This document shows, one piece after another, positions 27,834 to 37,405 of a stretch of 64,000 nucleotides of DNA. The stretch is taken from contig JAZLCO010000085.1 of assembly GCA_045614225.1 (NCBI GenBank), positions 4,164 through 68,163 on the forward strand. The letters run 5' to 3'. Each line of letters starts with the position of its first letter. The stretch's first letter is position 1. Source of the DNA: Eggerthellaceae bacterium (lineage in GTDB: Bacteria > Actinomycetota > Coriobacteriia > Coriobacteriales > Eggerthellaceae). A program made the translations under genes and the position numbers. The notes beneath the pieces were generated by a model. The model saw only the letters and a list, made by a program, of their open reading frames with translations, ran no database searches and was not told the origin of the DNA.

Positions 27834-29321
27834 TTAGACGGCAGCTTCGACCAGCTTCTGCCAAATCTTCACCATGGCGAGGGTATCAAGCTCGCAGTAC
27901 CGCAACAGCTGCTCGCGGGTGCGGGCTACCTCATCGGGCTCCATCTCAGCCATCCTCGCAAAGGCATCCATCGCCTCGCCGCCGTTGTGAACGCCTTCGA
28001 GCGCACGGTAGTCGAGCTCGTGGTCGTTCGGGAACAATGCCGGCAACACGGCCTTTATCGAGTTGCTACCACCCATCGCGCGCACGTAATAGTCTCCGTT
28101 GCGGAACGGCACGATGAGGTCATGCATTCCCTCGTTGATGGCGAGCAGGTGTTCGGCCAAATCTGGAAAAGCATCGGCCAGCTCGCGTATACGCCCCTTC
28201 TCAAAGCCCATGTTATAGGCGAGCGTGCAGGCATCAGCGGGCACATCGGCCACGAGGTGCTCGGCGACGGCACGGCGAGGGTCCGTCCCTGCTTCGGCGA
28301 GGAACTCGCGATGCTCGAGTTCTCCTTTCGGCCCCCTCAGGATGTGAAGCGAGTACTGCGTCGGAATCTGCTGGTACGGCTTCGTTCCGTCGAACAGCGG
28401 AATCGCCGGCTGGAACGTCTCGAAATCCAAGAAATACAACGGAAAGCTGAGGTCATCCAGAAAGCGACGAACAGCCGCCTTGTCCACAAATTCGTCTCTG
28501 TCCCATGCTTCGGCTTTGACTTGCACTCGCTGTCTGCTATTCAGGGGGATATCTCGTTGAAAAGCGTCCGCAAGCGTGATTACTCCATCATCGCGGTAAG
28601 CAAGGGCCTTCTTCATGGTCATGTGGTTGAGGTCGAACACGCTCGGCCTCGGTACGTATCGCCAACACCATCCGCGATAGCCGCACTCGTAGGGCTTCTT
28701 GCACTGTACGCCGATCTCGTAATCAGGTTCTGATTTCAGTTCGGCGAATGCCTTCAGGTCATCAACGGTCGCCGCTACGTTCCCCGCCATGAACGAGACC
28801 TCGTCGGTGCAGTCCTCGATTGCAAACAGCTGTCGCAGGTCGAGCTCGCCCTCGCGCATATATTCGTTATTCAAGTGCATGAGGGAGACCGACTTCACGT
28901 TCAAACCGCACATGGAGAGCACCCATGCCTGGTAGGCCATGTCGTAGTAGTAGATGTCGTTCATATGGGTCGATGATTTCACCTCAACGATTCTCACGCC
29001 ATCTTCCTCCACGTAAAGTATGTCAACCATGCAAAGGTTGCCATCGTAGGAGAAGGTCGCCTCGCAAATGATGGGCGTGTTTGCCTCGAATAGCTCCTGC
29101 GTGCGCGAGATCATGCCTTCGTAGTCGTCCCGATTGAACGGGACTTCGACGAAGTCGCCGAAGTAGCCCATAGCAATGTCGCCTACCATGCTGCCAGCGT
29201 CAAGCAGGGACTGATTCATGACCGAGTCGTCGAACTTCTCACGCATGTGGATATCCATCCAAAGCATCTTCGGGCATTGGATTCCTTTTGTGAAGCGGGA
29301 TTTCGAAAGGTTCACCCTCAA
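27834..29321 (-). CDS. DUF2779-family protein with N-terminal PD-(D/E)xK (Cas4/RecB-like) nuclease domain
   Basis: The N-terminus LSKSRFTKGIQCPKMLW is typical of DUF2779. MVDILYV...IVEVKSS gives the D...ExK triad. A Cys cluster CKKPYECGYRGWC is present, and LDFETFQPAIPLFDGTKPYQQIPTQYSLH is the DUF2779 hallmark. Confidence 0.7.
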   Translation of the reverse strand: MRVNLSKSRFTKGIQCPKMLWMDIHMREKFDDSVMNQSLLDAGSMVGDIAMGYFGDFVEVPFNRDDYEGMISRTQELFEANTPIICEATFSYDGNLCMVDILYVEEDGVRIVEVKSSTHMNDIYYYDMAYQAWVLSMCGLNVKSVSLMHLNNEYMREGELDLRQLFAIEDCTDEVSFMAGNVAATVDDLKAFAELKSEPDYEIGVQCKKPYECGYRGWCWRYVPRPSVFDLNHMTMKKALAYRDDGVITLADAFQRDIPLNSRQRVQVKAEAWDRDEFVDKAAVRRFLDDLSFPLYFLDFETFQPAIPLFDGTKPYQQIPTQYSLHILRGPKGELEHREFLAEAGTDPRRAVAEHLVADVPADACTLAYNMGFEKGRIRELADAFPDLAEHLLAINEGMHDLIVPFRNGDYYVRAMGGSNSIKAVLPALFPNDHELDYRALEGVHNGGEAMDAFARMAEMEPDEVARTREQLLRYCELDTLAMVKIWQKLVEAAV

Positions 29322-31195
29322 TCGAACAACCCCTCGAATATCGCCTCCAAATCCTCTTCGGTGCTCGGAAGCGTCTCTAGCTCTTGGTCCGCGATAGCCC
29401 GCAGCATCGTCTCCTCCTTCTCGAGGAGCCGATTGTAGATGTTCGCGTCAAGGGAATAGGCGTCGTTGAAGTTGTCGTATACATCTTGGAGGAAGTAATA
29501 CTGGGTGTATTGCCCATCTGGAAGCCCCAACCGGTGAATCCTGTCCTTTGATTGCAGCAAATGCACAAGATTGAAACTATATTCGTAATAAATGGCATCA
29601 TGGCAAACGGAATGCAAGGACACGGATTCCGCAAGCGTGTGCGGGTTGGTTATCAACACGGGAAAGCCACCTGCCCGGAACGCATCCAGTATTAGCTCCC
29701 TGTCTTCTTGCGATGTCTCCCCGTGTACGACGGCGCATTGTAATCCGGCGGCGTTCAACCGTTGCCGAAGCATCAGCATCGACCTTATGAAGATGCACCA
29801 TACGATTACAGGCTTTCCTTCATTGGCCAATTGGGTAACCAGTGACACGCACTCTTCAACCTTGATTGACGGAGGGCATCTTCTAATCATGCCTTCAATT
29901 TCATCGCTGTAATCGACGTAATCTACTTCACCTGTCTCCTCATCTTCGTCGAGCAGCCATGCGAATTCGGAAGTGTCCAGCGTGTTGAGCAGCTGTTTGG
30001 GGTCGGTTTCCAGTTGAAGCACCCGCAACATGAGCGTGAGCGCATTCTTTCGATAACGCATCTTCAGAACGTCTAGCACGCGCTCCGTTTCATCGTCAAC
30101 GAAAAGCTCCCTGATACAGTTGGGTTGTGCCGGGGGCACGCCCAGGTCGTCTTTGGTTGTCCTGCAGAAGAACGGCTGTAGCTTCGAGTTGATGTGGGCT
30201 ATCTCGTACTCCGAAGGATCGCGTAGCATCGCTGGGCTGAAATTGAAGAACTCCTTGTACTCCAATGGGAAAAGAATGTTCAAGAAGTTGTAAATATCGA
30301 GGTACGTGTTGGGAATCGGTGTGCCCGTCAGCGCTATTGTCCGCTCGCTTGCGGAGGCGATTTCCAAAGCAGCGCTTGCCCATCTTCCGTTTATTCTCTT
30401 CACCCTATGCACTTCGTCGAATACCAGGAGCGCAGATTCGGAGACTATAGCCCTGAGCTCTTCGACATACGCAATTGAGGCCTCGTAGTTCACGAGGATA
30501 AGATTGCATCCTCCAGACTCGGCGCGCAGCCTCCGCTTCCGCTCCGCCCTTGGCAGGGAGGTAAAGAAGCTGTTCTGGACATTGAATTCACGCAGCTGCA
30601 TCTTGCCGCCGAAGCAGGCAAGAAACTCATTGCGCCAGGACTCGAAGGCGTTTTTCGGACATACCACCACAACGCGGCTAGCCAGTTCACGCTTTGTGAG
30701 ATACGCAAACACGCCTAGAACCGATGCCGTCTTGCCCGAGCCGGGCACCGAGAAATTGCCGGCCTTGGCCATTGCGCACATGAAGAAGGAGTCCCACATC
30801 TGACGTTCGCGTAAAGGCCTTTGCATGGCCTCATCTACGACATCAGCGTATTCGGTAAACTGGCTTATGAACTTCTCGTCGCGATTCTTTATCTCGATAC
30901 CGACCCTTGCCCTCTCCTCGGCGTATTCGCGCTTCGTCTCGATTGCGTCAAACACTTCCTGTGCGATATCGAGTTGGACGTCGAGCCTTTCTGCGACGGA
31001 AGCCAAGCGCCGTATCATCATCCTCGAATCTTCGGCGGTTTCCTGGCTTTTCAGCAGCAAACGGCCGTCGGGCAGCTCCTCCTCGACGTAACGCCTTACC
31101 TGGATGCGAAATGCTGGCTTTCTCTTGAAAACGGCGCATGGGAACGGCTCGGGGTCCAGTAACAGCAATCCGTCGGCCCCGTATTCCAGCTTCAT
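29318..31195 (-). CDS. SNF2-family helicase/ATPase
   Basis: Contains motif I VPGSGKT, motif II DEVH, motif III LTGTPIPN and motif VI QSKDRIHRLG. ATGA overlaps couple it to both neighbours. Confidence 0.85.
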   Translation of the reverse strand: MKLEYGADGLLLLDPEPFPCAVFKRKPAFRIQVRRYVEEELPDGRLLLKSQETAEDSRMMIRRLASVAERLDVQLDIAQEVFDAIETKREYAEERARVGIEIKNRDEKFISQFTEYADVVDEAMQRPLRERQMWDSFFMCAMAKAGNFSVPGSGKTASVLGVFAYLTKRELASRVVVVCPKNAFESWRNEFLACFGGKMQLREFNVQNSFFTSLPRAERKRRLRAESGGCNLILVNYEASIAYVEELRAIVSESALLVFDEVHRVKRINGRWASAALEIASASERTIALTGTPIPNTYLDIYNFLNILFPLEYKEFFNFSPAMLRDPSEYEIAHINSKLQPFFCRTTKDDLGVPPAQPNCIRELFVDDETERVLDVLKMRYRKNALTLMLRVLQLETDPKQLLNTLDTSEFAWLLDEDEETGEVDYVDYSDEIEGMIRRCPPSIKVEECVSLVTQLANEGKPVIVWCIFIRSMLMLRQRLNAAGLQCAVVHGETSQEDRELILDAFRAGGFPVLITNPHTLAESVSLHSVCHDAIYYEYSFNLVHLLQSKDRIHRLGLPDGQYTQYYFLQDVYDNFNDAYSLDANIYNRLLEKEETMLRAIADQELETLPSTEEDLEAIFEGLFD

Positions 31196-32427
31196 TCGCG
31201 GCCCTTTTGCTCAGCAGCTACGGCTTCGGACAAATCGTCGGCAAGGTTTATTATTCTTCCCAAGTCATTGGACATTTTCGAGAGGCTGCTGTTCGAAAGC
31301 TTGGAAATCAGCTCGAACTCGATTCGCTCGAGCTCAATCAGCGCTTTTGCGATGCTTTTCACCTGCGCTTCTTTGACGTTCTCGTTGTTCATCAATCGCC
31401 GGTGGCGTTCGACCGAAGCCCCCTGTTTGCCAACCAGATTTCGGTCAGCTCGAATCTTGTCCCTCACGAAATCAACGCTTACAGTCTCGCCTGTAGACAG
31501 GCCGTCGAACTTTTCAAGGACGTCTTGCGCGATTTCCAGCTGCTCTTCCAGGAAATCGTCTCCCTCTGTTGATAGGGCGATCTTTCCCATTTCCCTGACG
31601 CGGCGAGCCGAGTCGCCGTCGCCAATCAGAAAGTACGAGAACGCGGCCATCTTTATATCTTCCGCTTTCTCGTCATCGTGGCATTTCTTCAGCGTAGCAT
31701 GCAGTTCCTGCAACTGCCCTTGAAGCTTTAGGTCCTGAACGATGTGGAACTGCTCGTCGGCGTTTATGAATTCGAGGAACTGGCACATGAGGTCGACTTG
31801 AGCAAGATAGTCCTCCATCTCCTTGGGTTTCATCCCGCATCGCTTGCGGTATGTTTCCGAGTCGTAGTCACCCGCAACACACCATGTGTATATGTCGACC
31901 AGACGCGACACCGGGTCGTAAGAGACCTTTTCATCCTGGCCAAACTGAAGCTCGAGCTCTAACCCCTTAAGACTGTAGCTGTCCAGTGCGGAATCCAGAA
32001 CGAAGCATCTGAGGTACCTGGGCTGTCCGCCCTCCTCTTCCTGCAGCTTGCGAAGGCAGGTGAAGCGGCGGTTTCCATCGATAACCGTTCCATCGGAGAG
32101 AACGACGGCCGGCCTCTGCTGGCCCTTTTCGCGAATGTCCAGCTTTGTTTTGTTTAAAGCCTTTGGGTTGTCGTCCTCGATGAATTTGGCAATCAAGCTA
32201 TTGAACTCTTCTGACCCTTCATCTGGAAAGTCATCGTGGTCTTGCTTGTACCTGCTGATGTAAGTTGCAATTCTACCGTTTCTGACGTTGTACTTCAGCT
32301 TGTCGAGGCGTATTTCGTATACGCGGTAATCGTCGCGATGGCCTTCGATAACCAGCGTTTCCATTCCCGCTGTTTCATGGATGTATCCTTCGGATATGCC
32401 TTTTTCGATGAAGCTTTGAGCATCCAT
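31192..32427 (-). CDS. ParB/Srx N-terminal-domain protein with long helical C-terminal region
   Basis: YEIRLDKLKYNVRNGR ... VIDGNRRFTCL matches the ParB-type GxxR/arginine patch. A TAATG overlap couples it to the upstream gene. Confidence 0.6.
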   Translation of the reverse strand: MDAQSFIEKGISEGYIHETAGMETLVIEGHRDDYRVYEIRLDKLKYNVRNGRIATYISRYKQDHDDFPDEGSEEFNSLIAKFIEDDNPKALNKTKLDIREKGQQRPAVVLSDGTVIDGNRRFTCLRKLQEEEGGQPRYLRCFVLDSALDSYSLKGLELELQFGQDEKVSYDPVSRLVDIYTWCVAGDYDSETYRKRCGMKPKEMEDYLAQVDLMCQFLEFINADEQFHIVQDLKLQGQLQELHATLKKCHDDEKAEDIKMAAFSYFLIGDGDSARRVREMGKIALSTEGDDFLEEQLEIAQDVLEKFDGLSTGETVSVDFVRDKIRADRNLVGKQGASVERHRRLMNNENVKEAQVKSIAKALIELERIEFELISKLSNSSLSKMSNDLGRIINLADDLSEAVAAEQKGRE

Positions 32428-35400
32428 TAGTCAATCCTTTCTATGAAGACCGATCTCGTCTTGTAGATTTCGTCGGTGATGGGGCTGTAGTACAGGTCGG
32501 TTCTATTCGGAGCGCTCATAATCTTACTGCGTTTTAAGGTAATTCCGTAATCGACGGCTATGCAATCGATGAGCTCGTCAATTTGCATTGCCTCCTCGTC
32601 CCCGAGCTGGCTGTCTACGAACGACGCCGTGTTGCATGGCGCACCATCAAGGCACGCAATCTTGCCCCTCGCAGCCTCACCGCAATTTAGACCTGCAAAT
32701 CTCGTGCCTTCAGTGCAGAGTATTGCATCATAAAAAACATGGCCCATCTCGTACTCGAGCAAGGGATGGCTAAACCCCGCGCGCTCGAGGCGCCTCGTAT
32801 TGCAATATTCCAGATTCTTTGCATCACAAAACTCAGCTGCGGCAGATGCGAAATCCATCATGTCGGCTTCGCTTATCCCCATCTCATTCAATGCCGCTTC
32901 TGTAATGTAGGAGTCGACTCCTTCTGGAAGAAGCCTTCTGCTGCGTATGAGAGAATCTCGATATATCACATATGCATGCGACTCAATAACGCTACTTGGT
33001 AAATCTCTTGAACTGAAAAACGAAGAGCGAAAAATAACCGAGTCAAAATACTCATTCAACGAAGCCCATCTATCTCGAATCACCAATTCCGAGTAGACGC
33101 GAAATCCCAATCCGATGATTGCGCGCGCATTCACATTCTCCCTCTTGCCCGCTGGGCAAAGTTCAAGATAAATCCTCTCGATTTCGTCAACGGTATAGCA
33201 ATCATCAATCAGGCTTCTTGAAAGGACACTCGCCTCGTCGCGCGTAAAATCCGCGTAATCGGTTTCGATATAGCTGCCGACAATGTATTGCTTGATGCTC
33301 GATAGATAATTGGCCTTGAACGTCTGCGGCTCGACCCCGTATTCCTCCTCATACGCATCGGCAAAATCGTCCACGGAAATCGGGGCGAGCCTTCTCGCGA
33401 GCTCCTTAACTTGTCCTTCCCGATTCGCGGTTCTGCCGACTACCAATATCGGCATTCGCCTTGAAGGTTTGTAGGGTATATCCTTTCTCCCCCTGTTTTC
33501 TTCGTAGTAGATTCTGAGCAGGCTGTGCAGCTCGTATGCGTCATCAATGTCGTATTCGGACAAGAGCTCCTCGTTGTTCAGGAAAAAGACCCGCGTCGAA
33601 ATCTCTTTATTATGATAGCGCCTTAAATTGAGACCGTTTAATAAAGCATCGATGTCGTACTCACGATAATCGTAATAACGCATTCGTTTTCTGTATCCGC
33701 TTAAAACGCAGGGCTGGTGCCGCAAGGTCGCCGTGTACCTTTCAGCGAGCCTTAGCTTCTCGTCTTCCTCGAGTCCACTCACTTTAAGAAGCTCGTTGTA
33801 CCGACTGATAAACTCGTCATCGGTTATCGATTTTTTCGAGGCGTATGTTTTCAGTACATACAGTGATAGAGGCAGCTTCTTTGCCATCACATACTCGCCG
33901 TCAAGTTTGACATAGCCATCGTGAATCGCCTTGTCAAGCTGAAGCTTTACCCGATGCGGCAACGAGGAATCACCCAACAGGTCCGATGCCGGCCTCCTGA
34001 TTTCGCCTGCCCCCTCGTCAATCGATTCGTATACGAAAGAGACGACCTCCCATTCCTGAGACGACGCTCCAAGCCCGTCGCAGAGTTCTTTCCGTGATAA
34101 GTCGTACTCCCTGAGAAGATCGAGGTAGTGATTCGCTCTTGTCCCTTGCAGAGAGACTTTTTTTGCAGTAGCCGCTAAAATCTGCCTGACTCTTTCTCTG
34201 GTCAGTCCGCATTTAGAGCCGATTCCCTCGAGCGTCTCCCCTTTGAGGCGCCTTTTAAGGATTTCTTTCTGCCTATCATCAGCAACTGCATCATCAAGCA
34301 CCATATCTAGCGGATACTCTACTGCGAAATAAAGACCCCCCGTTTCCGTAATCTGTTTTTCGGTCGTTGCAAAATCAATTCCCCGCCTCACATACGAGTC
34401 CGATGCGTTGTCAAGCGCTAGATTGAAAGCATTCGCTAATTCGTCTGTCGACAAGCCCCACGGATTCCGAGCGATAAGATTCCTTGTTGCGTATCCAGCA
34501 AGCAAATTGAGAATGCGCTCCTCATCGATGTCTTGGAGTTCGTTGACAAGACCGAGAATGAACATTGGCGAAAGAACGACGTGCTCAGCTAGGTCTACCA
34601 ACAGACTTCTCACTGTTAGTCGAACATTATCATCCTCATCCTGTTGCTTCAGACCCTCTTGGCACTCATCCAACAGGGAGGCTTCGCTTCTTGCTTCGAC
34701 CTCGCTTTCCTCGGTTGATAGGATGGCCTCTTGATGAGCACCAGCAAAAGCCCTTAGCTGACAGTTTGCCCTATCTAGGATTTCGTCTATTGATTTTTTG
34801 CCAGCGTTTTTGAGGCCATGTAAACCGCTCTCTCCAAGCGAAAGAACCGCGCCAAGCGATTCCACCCCAGCAATACGCAAAACATTCCGCGCCCGCGTCG
34901 AAAGTCCACCAACATCAAAAGCAATTCCGTATAACTCCTCTGGAACCGCGTTTCCCTCCGAAGGGCTTATCGCCCCTGCCGATGAACTAAACTGTTCAGC
35001 TTGTGCAATGCGTTGTTTCGCATAATCGCTGATGGGGCTACCGTTGTTTTCGAATTCATCAACAAGCGACGGATTCAGCTTTCGTAAGGCATCTGCAATC
35101 TCGTTCACTGTTTTTACACCAGAGTTTCGCATTTCGGCAATGCGCGTAGTTCCGAACGAGCAAAGATCCGCCACCGTTTTGATTTTCGCACGTACGAGAA
35201 TGTTCGACGCCCTAGTGCTAAGACCCAAAGAATCAACCGAAGTAGAATACAATGACCCCAGCACACCGCCCTGCTCAACCATTTCGTCAAAGGCACGCAT
35301 CGAAGAGATTGCAATTTCATTTCTGACTTCGGGTGAAGATACGTATATCGCAATATCGGCGTTTTCTATCAACAGCAGCGATTCAGCAATGAGGTCGGCT

Positions 35401-35984
35401 TTTTCTCTTGCTGCATCTTCAAAACCTTCGCCTTCGCGAAGGAGTATCCCTTTTCCCCTCATATAATCGGCGAGCGATAGATGGCTTATGCGCTTAATCC
35501 GAGACTCTAGGATGTCGTCGTTTGATCGCGCATCTTCGTTTTCTCTGGTAATCGACGATGCTCCTTCCATGGTTGAGGATTGCTCCGACTCCTTTATCAT
35601 TTCGTTTGAGCAACGTGCAATGGCTGAGGCGATTTCGTCGCGCAACTCCAAGGGGATGTCTGTTTCAACATCTTTCATTTCGAGCTGAGAGAGAGCTTCG
35701 CGATTTCGAATTCCTCTGGCCATCAGGAATCGCCTGGCTTTCTTTGACAAGCGCAATGCTAAAATAGAATTTGCCTTGCCAGGCGCCGAAACAACCGCGC
35801 TTTGGGCATCTTCTAGTGACTCGCCTTCGGTACCTTCCGCGCAATTCGCTTCATCCCGGCGGACATATTCGACGCTGTCACCTAGCAGGCTAGCCAATAT
35901 TTCATCTCGGCTCATATTGATGACTTCAGTGGGATTGTTTGAGCCAATTAAATCATCGTCGTACATGCTGTAATCACCATCCAT
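32427..35984 (-). CDS. 1185-aa protein with RpoA-alphaCTD-like helix-hairpin-helix repeats, a sigma-70 region-4-like HTH and a C-terminal region of about 570 aa without recognised motifs
   Basis: LGLSTRASNILVRAKIKTVADLCSFGTTRIAEMRNSGVKTVNEIADAL and GGLSTRARNVLRIAGVESLGAVLSLGESGLHGLKNAGKKSIDEILD resemble the alphaCTD. ILKRRLKGETLEGIGSKCGLTRERVRQIL resembles sigma region 4. Confidence 0.6.
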   Translation of the reverse strand: MDGDYSMYDDDLIGSNNPTEVINMSRDEILASLLGDSVEYVRRDEANCAEGTEGESLEDAQSAVVSAPGKANSILALRLSKKARRFLMARGIRNREALSQLEMKDVETDIPLELRDEIASAIARCSNEMIKESEQSSTMEGASSITRENEDARSNDDILESRIKRISHLSLADYMRGKGILLREGEGFEDAAREKADLIAESLLLIENADIAIYVSSPEVRNEIAISSMRAFDEMVEQGGVLGSLYSTSVDSLGLSTRASNILVRAKIKTVADLCSFGTTRIAEMRNSGVKTVNEIADALRKLNPSLVDEFENNGSPISDYAKQRIAQAEQFSSSAGAISPSEGNAVPEELYGIAFDVGGLSTRARNVLRIAGVESLGAVLSLGESGLHGLKNAGKKSIDEILDRANCQLRAFAGAHQEAILSTEESEVEARSEASLLDECQEGLKQQDEDDNVRLTVRSLLVDLAEHVVLSPMFILGLVNELQDIDEERILNLLAGYATRNLIARNPWGLSTDELANAFNLALDNASDSYVRRGIDFATTEKQITETGGLYFAVEYPLDMVLDDAVADDRQKEILKRRLKGETLEGIGSKCGLTRERVRQILAATAKKVSLQGTRANHYLDLLREYDLSRKELCDGLGASSQEWEVVSFVYESIDEGAGEIRRPASDLLGDSSLPHRVKLQLDKAIHDGYVKLDGEYVMAKKLPLSLYVLKTYASKKSITDDEFISRYNELLKVSGLEEDEKLRLAERYTATLRHQPCVLSGYRKRMRYYDYREYDIDALLNGLNLRRYHNKEISTRVFFLNNEELLSEYDIDDAYELHSLLRIYYEENRGRKDIPYKPSRRMPILVVGRTANREGQVKELARRLAPISVDDFADAYEEEYGVEPQTFKANYLSSIKQYIVGSYIETDYADFTRDEASVLSRSLIDDCYTVDEIERIYLELCPAGKRENVNARAIIGLGFRVYSELVIRDRWASLNEYFDSVIFRSSFFSSRDLPSSVIESHAYVIYRDSLIRSRRLLPEGVDSYITEAALNEMGISEADMMDFASAAAEFCDAKNLEYCNTRRLERAGFSHPLLEYEMGHVFYDAILCTEGTRFAGLNCGEAARGKIACLDGAPCNTASFVDSQLGDEEAMQIDELIDCIAVDYGITLKRSKIMSAPNRTDLYYSPITDEIYKTRSVFIERID

Positions 35985-36008
35985 CAGCCGACAATCGCGA
36001 ATTTCGCA

Positions 36009-37292
36009 TCAATCATAATCAAATCTCCGGGTTATCTCTATGCCAATAGCATGAGGAAGGCCGACCACCAGAGCATTTCCCATGCAAAACGCGCGATGGC
36101 TGTCGGTCATACCAGTGTCCGTCCAGCCTTTCGGGAAACCCTGGAGCTGGTCGAGCTCGTCGGGGACGAGGCGGCGGTAGCGGCCGTCGATCTCCACAAT
36201 GTGCTTGAAGCGGGATGCGCCCGCTCCGCCCTCGCCGGTGAGGATGGTGCGTGACGGGTTTGTGAGCAAATCGGGGAAGGCCATCGACCCCTCCGAGTAG
36301 TGGTACGTGAACTCGGTCCCGTCGGCGCCCCGCTTGGTGCGCTCCTCGCTCTTGGAGCCCTTGAGGTAGCGCCACTTCTCGAGCTTGTCCTCGGGGACGT
36401 AGAACGCCTCGGGGACCTCTTCCGGCGGGACTATCACGTCGCCGAGCACCTTGCGCTCGCCGTGGTAGTCCTCGACGGCGTCGCACGTGACGGCTCGGAG
36501 GTCGCTCATCGCGCCTGCCGTCCCGAAGGGCGACTTGCCCTTGCCGCCGACGTTGAATTCCTGAGTCACGACGTAGGGGTCTTCGGGAATAATAACCTCG
36601 GAGAACGATTCGGGCTGCATTATGGGCAGTGCTGACGACAGCACGCCGGATGACACGCGCCCCTCGAGGTCCCAGTTCTCGGATGTCAGCTCGGCGTAGA
36701 TGTAGACGCGCTTCCTGCGCTGCGGGAACCCGTACTCGGCGCTGTTCACGACGCGCCACTCGACCGAGTAGCCGAGGTCGGCCAGGCACGAGAGGATGAT
36801 CGCGAAGTCGCGGCCGCGCTGCGTAGCGGGGCTCTTGAGGAGCCGGTCGACGTTCTCGAGCAGCACGTACCTCGGCTCCTTGAGGTGCAGGAAGCGGTAG
36901 ATGTCCCACCACAGCACGCCCTTCTTGCCCTCGATGCCGCCGGCTTGGGACAGGGGCCTGGCCACGCTGTAGTCCTGGCAGGGGAAGCCCCCGACCACCA
37001 TGTCTATCTCTTCCGGGATGCCGTGGTCGTCGGCGCCGAACTCGTAGTCGTCGAGCACCTTGTCGATGTCCTCGTTGACGCAGCTGCCCTCGCCGAAGCG
37101 GGCCTCGTAGCAACGCCATGCGAACTGCTTGGTCTCGTTTCCGGGGGGTTCCCACTGGTTGGCCCAGACCGTCTCGAACGGCCCTGCGGCTGGCATGTCG
37201 AATTCGGGATGTGCGGGGTCGTGGTACCCGTCGAGTCCCAGGCGAAAGCCCCCGACGCCGGCGAAGAGCTCGGCGACTCTGATGGTCTTCAT
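36009..37292 (-). CDS. DNA (cytosine-5) methyltransferase, M.Sau3AI-like
   Basis: The m5C motifs are present: I ELFAGVGGFRLG, IV GGFPCQDYS, VI LLENVDRL, VIII FPQRRKRVY and X MGNALVV. The ANQWEP and ATQRGRDFAIILS stretches resemble M.Sau3AI from memory. Confidence 0.85.
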   Translation of the reverse strand: MKTIRVAELFAGVGGFRLGLDGYHDPAHPEFDMPAAGPFETVWANQWEPPGNETKQFAWRCYEARFGEGSCVNEDIDKVLDDYEFGADDHGIPEEIDMVVGGFPCQDYSVARPLSQAGGIEGKKGVLWWDIYRFLHLKEPRYVLLENVDRLLKSPATQRGRDFAIILSCLADLGYSVEWRVVNSAEYGFPQRRKRVYIYAELTSENWDLEGRVSSGVLSSALPIMQPESFSEVIIPEDPYVVTQEFNVGGKGKSPFGTAGAMSDLRAVTCDAVEDYHGERKVLGDVIVPPEEVPEAFYVPEDKLEKWRYLKGSKSEERTKRGADGTEFTYHYSEGSMAFPDLLTNPSRTILTGEGGAGASRFKHIVEIDGRYRRLVPDELDQLQGFPKGWTDTGMTDSHRAFCMGNALVVGLPHAIGIEITRRFDYD

Positions 37293-37405
37293 GGCACGTT
37301 TCTCCTTTGCTGCTGTGCCCGTAACCTTAGCTTGTCCATTTTAACCGATCACGCTGGTTCGATCAACGCTTGGAATGGGACAGCTAGGCGGTTTTTTGAG
37401 GGAGT

